Shown here one piece after another: positions 17,617-24,010 of a stretch of 24,010 nt of DNA. The number at the start of each line of letters is the position of its first letter. Position 1 is the stretch's first letter. Position numbers and translations under genes: made by a program. Source of the DNA: a virus (taxonomy: Duplodnaviria > Caudoviricetes). The stretch covers positions 1 through 24,010 of the IMG/VR virus record IMGVR_UViG_3300026254_000012; one strand, given 5' to 3'. Below the pieces are notes generated by a model, which had not been told where the DNA came from, searched no databases, and saw only the letters and a program-made list of their open reading frames with translations.

Positions 17617-18849
17617 ATGACCGCACCGGTTTTCGGCATGCAATTCTCGCGCCCTGAAACAGAGGCGTTGCCAGCACTGGGGGCCGATTTCTCGAAAGCC
17701 CTGGTGATCGAGACCTCGGAAGATGCCGTCGCGCTCACCTATCCGCTCGACACTCCGGTGCGGATCTCGACCAGCGATGCCGCCAAGGTCGCCGACCTTG
17801 GCACTGGCCTGCTGGCCGATGCCGTCAAAGCCATCCATGCCCAGCTCTCGGGCATCAACGGTGGCGCCGACGTGACGGTGATCCGCGTCAAGGAAGAGGC
17901 CACGGTCGCCCTGACCGTCGCCAATATCGTCGCCGCCCTGGCCCCGACCTCGGTTGCGGAAATCGCCTCGGCCACCGGCGCAACGCCCCGCCTGATCTGG
18001 GTCGGCCGCACCAGCTGGCAGGCCGATGCGGAAACCCCGAACCCGATCTGGGCAGCGCTGCCCGTGGCCTGCGAAAAGCTGCTGGCCGTGGCAGTGGTCG
18101 ATGTGGATCCCGATGACAAGGATGACGCGATCACGCAGCGCGAGGCGTTCAATTCCGAGCGCATCCTGCCGATCGGCGTGGCCGCCCGTGTCTATGAGGG
18201 CGTCTCGCTGGTGACCCGCGCCATGGGGCCGCGCATCCTCGGCCTGATGATCCGCGTCGATAACCTCTTCGAAGGCAAGCCCTTCAACCCCTTCGCCAAT
18301 AGGGCGGTGCTGGGCCTTTCGGGGGTCTCGCGCAAAATCCCGTTCTCGCTGCTCGACGGTTCGACCGAAGGTCAGCAGATGCTGGAAAGCGAAGTATCGA
18401 TCGTGGTGCAGGGCGAAACCGGCGTTGACGGCGCGGTCGCCGATGGCGGCCACGTGTTCGTGGGCACCGACAACACTACGACGGGCGAGCTGTGGAAACA
18501 GATCCACCAGGTGCGCGGGGCCGACTATCTCACGGTCAAGATCATGGAGATCACCCGGCCGTTTCTGGGCAGGAAGATCTCGGCGGATTCGGTCGAGGCG
18601 TGGATCAACTCGATCAAGTTCATGCTGCGCGACCACAAGGTCGACCAGGATATCATCGGCTATGACGTGCAGTTCCGCGCCGACAAGAACAGCCCTGAAT
18701 CCATCCGCCTCGGTCATTTGACCGTCAATCTCGGGATCGAACCGGTGTCGGCCTTCAAGGTCGCCAACCATGAAGTGGCGCGCTACCGCCCGGCCCTCGA
18801 CGCACTGGTCGGCGAGATCATCGCCCGCCTCAATTCGGTCGCCGCCTAA
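17617..18849 (+). CDS. Contractile tail sheath protein
   Basis: 410 aa with AGGAG RBS. GATPRLI, PFANRAVLGLSG and NSPESIRLGHL, upstream of the tube gene. Confidence 0.88.
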   Translation: MTAPVFGMQFSRPETEALPALGADFSKALVIETSEDAVALTYPLDTPVRISTSDAAKVADLGTGLLADAVKAIHAQLSGINGGADVTVIRVKEEATVALTVANIVAALAPTSVAEIASATGATPRLIWVGRTSWQADAETPNPIWAALPVACEKLLAVAVVDVDPDDKDDAITQREAFNSERILPIGVAARVYEGVSLVTRAMGPRILGLMIRVDNLFEGKPFNPFANRAVLGLSGVSRKIPFSLLDGSTEGQQMLESEVSIVVQGETGVDGAVADGGHVFVGTDNTTTGELWKQIHQVRGADYLTVKIMEITRPFLGRKISADSVEAWINSIKFMLRDHKVDQDIIGYDVQFRADKNSPESIRLGHLTVNLGIEPVSAFKVANHEVARYRPALDALVGEIIARLNSVAA

Positions 18850-18867
18850 GGCGCCGGTCGCACCCTC

Positions 18868-18893
18868 GCCAGCCAGCGGATCCGCTGGCTGGC
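18868..18893. repeat. Perfect 26-bp palindrome between sheath and tube genes
   Basis: GCCAGCCAGCGGATCCGCTGGCTGGC equals its own reverse complement. Confidence 0.85.
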
Positions 18894-18922
18894 TTGCATC
18901 CGTTCATCAATGAGGATTTGAA

Positions 18923-19441
18923 ATGCAGCCGCTCTATCAGCTGACTGCCGTCGACGTGCGCCGGGCCGAGGAAGCCGGCACCTCGCGTGCCACCGTGATC
19001 TCCAAACTTGCCCTGCCGGGCCTGACCTTTGCCGGCGCCGAGCATTCGCCCGGTGGCGGCGTCATGGCCGTCAAGTTCGCCCAGCCCCGGCTTGAGGTGA
19101 TCGAGCCCAAGTTCGAGGTCAAGGGCCTCGACCTCGACGTGTTCCGGGGCCTCGGCGTCCGCGACCGCTGGGTGTTCGCGGCGGCCTATCGCGAAAAGAA
19201 GCCGGGGGGCGGATCCACGGTCGGCGCCCGCGCCGTCATCGAGGGCGCGATCTCGGTCTGGGAGCCGGACGAAAGCGACCCGGCCGAGTTTCAGGGCTGC
19301 AATCACACCTTTTCCGAGGTGACCCATTACGAGCTGACACTGGGCGGCCAGGAGCTGTTCTATGTCGACTTCTTCGAGCGGGTGCTGCGCGTCAACGGCG
19401 TGGACATGTTCGAGGAAGAGCGCCGGGCGCTGGGGGCTTAG
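18923..19441 (+). CDS. Major tail tube protein (P2 FII-like)
   Basis: 172 aa with GAGG RBS. LALPGL...HSPGGG, THYELTLGG and VNGVDM...RRALG. Confidence 0.9.
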   Translation: MQPLYQLTAVDVRRAEEAGTSRATVISKLALPGLTFAGAEHSPGGGVMAVKFAQPRLEVIEPKFEVKGLDLDVFRGLGVRDRWVFAAAYREKKPGGGSTVGARAVIEGAISVWEPDESDPAEFQGCNHTFSEVTHYELTLGGQELFYVDFFERVLRVNGVDMFEEERRALGA

Positions 19442-19444
19442 CAC

Positions 19445-19753
19445 ATGACGGAAGCACCGACCCTCACCCTTGCCCATCCCGTCACCGTCGAGGGGAAAAC
19501 CTATACCAGCTTCACCCTGCGCCGCATGAAAGCGCGTGACGCCCTGGTCGCCGAAGATGAGACCAACAAGGTCATGGCCGGGTATCTCATGTTTGCCGCT
19601 CTCGCCGGCGTCCCCGTCGAGGTGATCCTCGAGCTGGACATGGAAGACCTGACCGAGCTGGGCGTGAAGGTGGCGCCCCTGATGGGAAAGCGTGGGGCGG
19701 CTCTGCTGGAGAAGCTGGGAGCGGAAGCCGACCAGTCGCCTGGCGAGACGTAA
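19445..19753 (+). CDS. Tail assembly chaperone (P2 gpE / Mu gp41-like)
   Basis: 102 aa with TLAHPVTVEG...LRRMKARD...LAGVP...LDMEDL, between tube and tape measure genes. Confidence 0.88.
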   Translation: MTEAPTLTLAHPVTVEGKTYTSFTLRRMKARDALVAEDETNKVMAGYLMFAALAGVPVEVILELDMEDLTELGVKVAPLMGKRGAALLEKLGAEADQSPGET

Positions 19754-19878
19754 TCCTCTCGGTCGCGCGGCACACCCACACCTCGATCGACAGTGTCGAG
19801 GATTGGGAGATCGACAAGCTGATCAGCTACTCGAAAAGCCTCGGCCGCCAGCTCAAGCGCGAGCGGCCGAAACGGTGA
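19684..19878 (+). CDS. -1 frameshift extension of the tail chaperone (gpE+E' / gpGT-like)
   Basis: In-frame slippery heptamer G GGA AAG at 19684-19690. The -1 frame is open to TGA at 19876-19878 (AWGGSAGEAGSGSRPVAWRDVILSVARHTHTSIDSVEDWEIDKLISYSKSLGRQLKRERPKR). Confidence 0.8.
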   Translation, partial: GKAWGGSAGEAGSGSRPVAWRDVILSVARHTHTSIDSVEDWEIDKLISYSKSLGRQLKRERPKR

Positions 19879-19887
19879 TCATCGAAG

Positions 19888-19915
19888 GGCCGAACCGCTT
19901 GCAAGCGGTTCGGCC
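19888..19915. terminator. Perfect 28-bp palindrome between convergent genes (probable terminator of the antisense gene)
   Basis: GGCCGAACCGCTTGCAAGCGGTTCGGCC is self-complementary and sits about 10 bp from both stop codons. U-tracts are weak. Confidence 0.6.
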
Positions 19916-19926
19916 ATGCGGGCATT

Positions 19927-20232
19927 TCACTCGGCAGTCGGGGTGTTTTGCCATGCCTCAAGCGCGGTGCAGGCTTCCTGTGGTGTTGCGTAGCGAGAAG
20001 AAATGCGGGCGCGAACAGTTTCACGGGCAGCATCTACGTCGTGAACAGTGCTGCCGTTTATGATCATCGCAGCCATTGTCGCGCTTATGGCCGACAGGCC
20101 CCGCGCCTGATCGCAGTTTGCGATGAACCATTCCACACTCAGGGCGTCGAATAGGCGGTCTTGCGCCGACTTGTCCTGCGCCGTGGCGCTTATCGGCGCC
20201 AGCAGCGCCATCACAATAGCCAACCTTTTCAT
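19927..20232 (-). CDS. Small secreted hypothetical protein (moron)
   Basis: ATG at 20232 with AGGAGAGGGAGA upstream, giving 101 aa. Sec-type signal MKRLAIVMALLAPISATA-Q and two Cys. It fills the gap between chaperone and tape measure genes. Confidence 0.75.
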   Translation of the reverse strand: MKRLAIVMALLAPISATAQDKSAQDRLFDALSVEWFIANCDQARGLSAISATMAAMIINGSTVHDVDAARETVRARISSRYATPQEACTALEAWQNTPTAE

Positions 20233-20290
20233 ATCGGTTCTCCCTCTCCTGCTCACTGCATAGGGGACGAAAGCTAACGGAGTCCATCTG

Positions 20291-22561
20291 ATGGCCGTCA
20301 TCACTTCCAAGCTCATCGTGGCGCTGATCGACCAGATCTCAGCGCCGGCACGTGGGGTGGCGCAGGTGGTCAAGAACCTACAGGCGCAGTCGCGCGCCAA
20401 TGCCATGCAGATGAATGAAATGCGCGGCCAGATGGTCGACGCGGCAGCCGCTGCCTACGCCCTCGGCCGTGCTTTGGCAGATCCGATCGGCAAGGCTGTG
20501 GCCTTTGAAAGCGCCATGGCGGACGTCGCGAAGGTTTCCGATTTCAGCGACAGCGGTCTTGCTCAGTTCGGCGAGGATCTTCGGCGCCTCTCGACCTCGG
20601 AGATCCCGATGGCGGTGACCGAGCTGGCGGCCCTGGCAGAGAACGCGGCCGCTGCCGGCATTGCGGACAGCGAGCTGCTGGAGTTCACCCGCATGACCGC
20701 CAAGGCGGCGCTCGCCTGGGGTGTGTCGGGCGGACAGGCAGGCGAGGATCTGGCCAAGATCAGAGAGGCGCTGCGCCTGACTACTGAAGAGACCATGCTC
20801 TATGCCGACGCGATCAACCACCTGTCCGATCGCACGGCCTCGACAGCGCCAGACTTGACGCAGTTCACGCGCAACGTCGCTGCACAGGGTGAATTCTACG
20901 GCTATTCCAAAGAAGAAACCCTGGCTTTCGGGGCCGCACTTATCAGCGCCGGCGCCGAGGTCGAGGTGGCCTCGACCTCTTTCCGCAATATGGGCCGGGC
21001 ACTGACCAAGGGAACAAGCGCCACTGCTGCGCAGCGTCGTGCCTTCCGTAGTCTCGGCCTTGATGCCGCCAAGGTTGCGGCCGGCATGCAGGAAGATGCG
21101 GTCGGCACCACAATGGAGGTGATCAACCGCTTGGGGCAGCTGCCTGCAGAGATGCGGGCCGCCACAATGAGCGATCTTTTTGGCGACGAAGCCCGCGCAT
21201 TGGCGCCACTTCTCAGCAACCTCGACGCCCTCGAACGGACCTTGGGCTATGTGGCCGACGAAACCCAATATGCCGGCAGCGTCTCGGCCGAATTTGCCAA
21301 GCGCGCCCAGACGACTGAGTTCAACCTGCAGCGGCTCAAGAACCAGGTCGACGGGGTCGCTCTGGCGATCGGCAATGCGCTGCTGCCCGCCATCAATGGT
21401 GTGGCCGCTGCCGTGGGGCCGGTGCTGATCGCCATGGCCGACTGGGCGGCGGCCAATCCGCAGATCGTGCAGGCCATTGTCGCCCTGGTCGGCGGCCTTG
21501 TGGCTTTGCGGGTGGCGGCGATCGCCACCCGCTGGGCTTTCCTCTTCATGAAGGGCGGCATTCTGGACGCTGCGCTGGTCTTGGGCCGAGGGGCGGCAGG
21601 CTTTCTTGCCCTGATCAATCCGCTCAACCTGGTCAAGAACGCGGTCATGGCTTTGCGCATGGCGCTGATGATGTCGGGCATCGGCCTGGTGCTCGCCGGC
21701 ATCGCGGCGGCGGGCACGTGGATCTACAACAACTGGGAAGGGCTGGTGAGCTTCTTCCACGGGTTCGGCGCCGGCGTGGTCTCGGCCCTTGAGCCTGTCA
21801 TGCCGGCGATCCAGCCGATCATCGACGGGGGCGCTGCGATCCTCGACTGGGTGACTGGACTGCTTGGGCCGGTCGACGCCAGTGCCGAGGATTGGCGCGG
21901 CTGGGGCGAGGCTGCTGGGTCCGCTGTCGGCAATGCCGTAATGGCGGTGGTCACCAAGGGCGCCGAGATCATCGCCTGGTTCACGGCCCTGCCCGGCGAG
22001 ATCGCCGGCGCCGTCGCCGGCATGTACGACGTCGGCGTGCAGATCATTCAGGGCATCTGGGATGGCCTGGTCGCCAAGTTCGAAGAGTTGCTTGCCTGGT
22101 TCGCGAGCTGGCCGGCCATGATCCTCGAAGCGATCGGCAAGATCGATATCAGCAGCCTCATCATCGCCAACCTGCCGCCGTGGCTTACTCAGCTCTTCGG
22201 CGGTGGCGGGGGGCAGGCGAATCCGCTGGCGGATCCCGACCCAAACGCTCTGCCCGTGCCCGGCTGGGACGATGCGAAGGCGGCCGGTGGCTCGATTGTC
22301 GGCGGCAAGACCTATCTGGTCGGCGAGGAAGGTCCCGAGCTGATCACGCCTGGCGGTAGCGGCTGGGTTCACACGGCGAAGGAAACGGCAGGCATGCTTG
22401 GCGGGCGCGCTGCTGGGGCCTTGTCGGTCAGCTTTGGCGATATCGTCGTGCAGGGTGGCGCGGATCCGCAGGCGACGGCGGAGGCCGTGCTGCAGATGAT
22501 CGAGAGTCGGGTGAAAGACGCCTTGAGCGGCATCTATGCCGATATCGAATATGCGGGGTAA
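20291..22561 (+). CDS. Tail tape measure protein (TP901-type core)
   Basis: 756 aa, Ala-rich. LIDQISAP, AVAFESAMADVAKV, DAINHLSD, LFGDEA, WIYNNWE and a C-terminal AAGGSIVGGKTYLVGEEGPELITP. Confidence 0.93.
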   Translation: MAVITSKLIVALIDQISAPARGVAQVVKNLQAQSRANAMQMNEMRGQMVDAAAAAYALGRALADPIGKAVAFESAMADVAKVSDFSDSGLAQFGEDLRRLSTSEIPMAVTELAALAENAAAAGIADSELLEFTRMTAKAALAWGVSGGQAGEDLAKIREALRLTTEETMLYADAINHLSDRTASTAPDLTQFTRNVAAQGEFYGYSKEETLAFGAALISAGAEVEVASTSFRNMGRALTKGTSATAAQRRAFRSLGLDAAKVAAGMQEDAVGTTMEVINRLGQLPAEMRAATMSDLFGDEARALAPLLSNLDALERTLGYVADETQYAGSVSAEFAKRAQTTEFNLQRLKNQVDGVALAIGNALLPAINGVAAAVGPVLIAMADWAAANPQIVQAIVALVGGLVALRVAAIATRWAFLFMKGGILDAALVLGRGAAGFLALINPLNLVKNAVMALRMALMMSGIGLVLAGIAAAGTWIYNNWEGLVSFFHGFGAGVVSALEPVMPAIQPIIDGGAAILDWVTGLLGPVDASAEDWRGWGEAAGSAVGNAVMAVVTKGAEIIAWFTALPGEIAGAVAGMYDVGVQIIQGIWDGLVAKFEELLAWFASWPAMILEAIGKIDISSLIIANLPPWLTQLFGGGGGQANPLADPDPNALPVPGWDDAKAAGGSIVGGKTYLVGEEGPELITPGGSGWVHTAKETAGMLGGRAAGALSVSFGDIVVQGGADPQATAEAVLQMIESRVKDALSGIYADIEYAG

Positions 22562-22564
22562 GCC

Positions 22565-23011
22565 ATGCTCTTCCAAATCGGGCCGCTAACGCTCGACACA
22601 CTGCCATTCGCGGCCGAGAGTTTCAGCCGCAATGCCGGGGCGGATCTGGCGGTCAAGCCGGTGATGGGCGGTTTGCAGCCACGCGAATTCATGGGCGAGG
22701 CCGACGAGTCGATCACCATTTCCGGCCAGCTGCTGCCGACCAGGCTTGGCGGCCTGACCGAGCTGGAACTGGCCTATAGCCTTTCCACCTCGGGCACCAA
22801 GGTGCCGCTGATGCGCGGCGATGGCCGGATGCTGGGCTGGTACGTGATCGAAAAGGTGGGCGAACAGCATTCCGACCTCACCCGGTTCGGCGTCGGCTTT
22901 GTGGTTCGCTATACCTTGACCCTCACCAAGGTCAGCACCGATGGCGCCATCGGCAGCAGCCAGGCGGGCGGGCTTGTGGGCATGCTGCTCAATCTCTTCG
23001 AGGCGCTCTGA
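22565..23011 (+). CDS. Tail protein, P2 gpU family
   Basis: 148 aa with EFMGEADESITISGQLLP and LMRGDGRMLGWYVIE. Confidence 0.9.
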   Translation: MLFQIGPLTLDTLPFAAESFSRNAGADLAVKPVMGGLQPREFMGEADESITISGQLLPTRLGGLTELELAYSLSTSGTKVPLMRGDGRMLGWYVIEKVGEQHSDLTRFGVGFVVRYTLTLTKVSTDGAIGSSQAGGLVGMLLNLFEAL

Positions 23012-23238
23012 TGATCACGGTCACTGTCCAACGGCCGCGCACCACGCTGGATCTGCTGCTTTGGCGGCAGCATGGCGTGGCTGGCGCGGCGCTGCTCGAA
23101 CAGACGCTGGAGGCAAATCCCGGTGTGGCGGATCTCGGCGCAGAGCTGCCGATCGGCACTTCGGTCAAGCTACCGGAGCTGCCGGCGTCCGCGCCGGCGC
23201 AAACCACAAAGGTCATTGATCTCTTCGGGGAGGGCTAA
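23011..23238 (+). CDS. Tail protein X (P2 gpX, LysM-like)
   Basis: 75 aa with TLDLLLWRQHG...LEANPGVAD...LPIGTSVKLP. Confidence 0.9.
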   Translation: MITVTVQRPRTTLDLLLWRQHGVAGAALLEQTLEANPGVADLGAELPIGTSVKLPELPASAPAQTTKVIDLFGEG

Positions 23239-24010
23239 GTGCTGTCGCCACCCAAATGGAAAGTGGACTGGCGGATCCTGCTCGACGGGCAGGATCTGAC
23301 CTCGGCCTGGGCGCCGACGCTGATCGACATTTCGGTCACCGACAAGGCGGGCGAGGCATCGGACAGCTGCGACCTGACGATCGACGACAGCGACGGCAAG
23401 GTGCGCATGCCAGCCAAGCGGATGCCGATCGTCGTCATCCTCGACGGCGCCCGCGTGTTCCGGGGCTTTGTCGAAAAGGTGGAAAGCAGCGGTTCGCGCA
23501 GCGGCGGCCGGCTGCTCAAGGTCAAGGCCAAAGGTTTTGACACCGGTGGCAAGGCCAAGGAACCGCAGGCGTTCCATGTCGATGATACCGACCTGGCCGG
23601 CTATCTCGGAAAGCTGGCCGAGGGTGCCGGCATCGGCATTACCGTCGATCCGGATCTCGGTGCCCTGCAGCAGGATTACTGGGCGGCCGATGGCGAGAGC
23701 TTCATCGCCATTGGCGAGCGGCTGGCCCGCAAGTTCGGCGGCACCTTCAAGATCCGCGGCGACCAGGCGATCTTTGCCAAGCGGGGCAGCGGCCAGGCGC
23801 CGGGCGGACTTTCGCTTGGCATCACCGAAGCCGTCTTCGGGCAGAACCTGATCAGCTGGTCGATCACGCCCAAGGATCCGCGCCGCAAGTTTTCTTCGGG
23901 CCGCGCCCGCTGGTTCGACCGACCAAGCGCATCGTTCAAGGAAAGCGATCTCAACTTCGGCAACGTCGATCTCGACGCGCTGCACCTGGTGCGAATGCTC
24001 TCGGCCGACC
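23239..24010 (+). CDS. Phage late control D / baseplate hub (P2 gpD-like), partial
   Basis: GTG at 23239 with GGGGAGGG RBS. LIDISVTDKAGEASDSCDLTIDD ... ESFIAIGERLARKFGGTFKI. The frame is open to the window end and is not listed in the ORF track. Confidence 0.88.
   Translation, partial: MLSPPKWKVDWRILLDGQDLTSAWAPTLIDISVTDKAGEASDSCDLTIDDSDGKVRMPAKRMPIVVILDGARVFRGFVEKVESSGSRSGGRLLKVKAKGFDTGGKAKEPQAFHVDDTDLAGYLGKLAEGAGIGITVDPDLGALQQDYWAADGESFIAIGERLARKFGGTFKIRGDQAIFAKRGSGQAPGGLSLGITEAVFGQNLISWSITPKDPRRKFSSGRARWFDRPSASFKESDLNFGNVDLDALHLVRMLSAD

Noticed and set aside
20255-20300. Hammerhead-like fragments (GACGAAA ... CTGATG)
   Set aside because: The core CUGAUGA is incomplete, stems I and III cannot be formed, and CTGATG is simply the tape measure start context.
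20378-22576. 732-aa minus-strand ORF opposite the tape measure gene
   Set aside because: Antisense shadow of an Ala-rich, GC3-biased gene, with no independent signals.
1-24010. Tailocin, eCIS/T6SS or gene transfer agent interpretation
   Set aside because: A full head module and a sequence-specific cos-like site indicate a genuine phage. No CRISPR array, tRNA, IS or defence gene was seen.

Overview
GC-rich (roughly 65% in spot checks) and almost entirely + strand. The window is the late, morphogenesis region of a temperate myovirus-like phage or prophage, probably from an alphaproteobacterial host (inferred from composition and gene families). Order: 3' end of an upstream gene, putative late promoter/terminator, gpZ-like tail protein, lambda-like cos site, terminase small and large (GpA) subunits, gpW, lambda-family portal, HK97-type prohead protease, major capsid protein, DUF2190-like protein, head-tail/neck genes, P2-like baseplate (V, W, J, I), DUF4815-like protein, tail fibre plus two small accessory genes, DUF1353-like protein, sheath, tube, tail chaperone with a -1 frameshift, an antisense moron, tape measure, gpU, gpX and gpD (truncated by the window end). 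No integrase, lysis, tRNA, CRISPR or defence genes were recognised. I see no wholly new system. The best observations are a readable lambda-type cosQ/cosN site, a GGGAAAG programmed frameshift, a baseplate spike ending in a single PAAR-like repeat, an antisense secreted-protein moron, and R-A motif enrichment in the capsid scaffold region. All family assignments come from motif recall and synteny, not from database searches.
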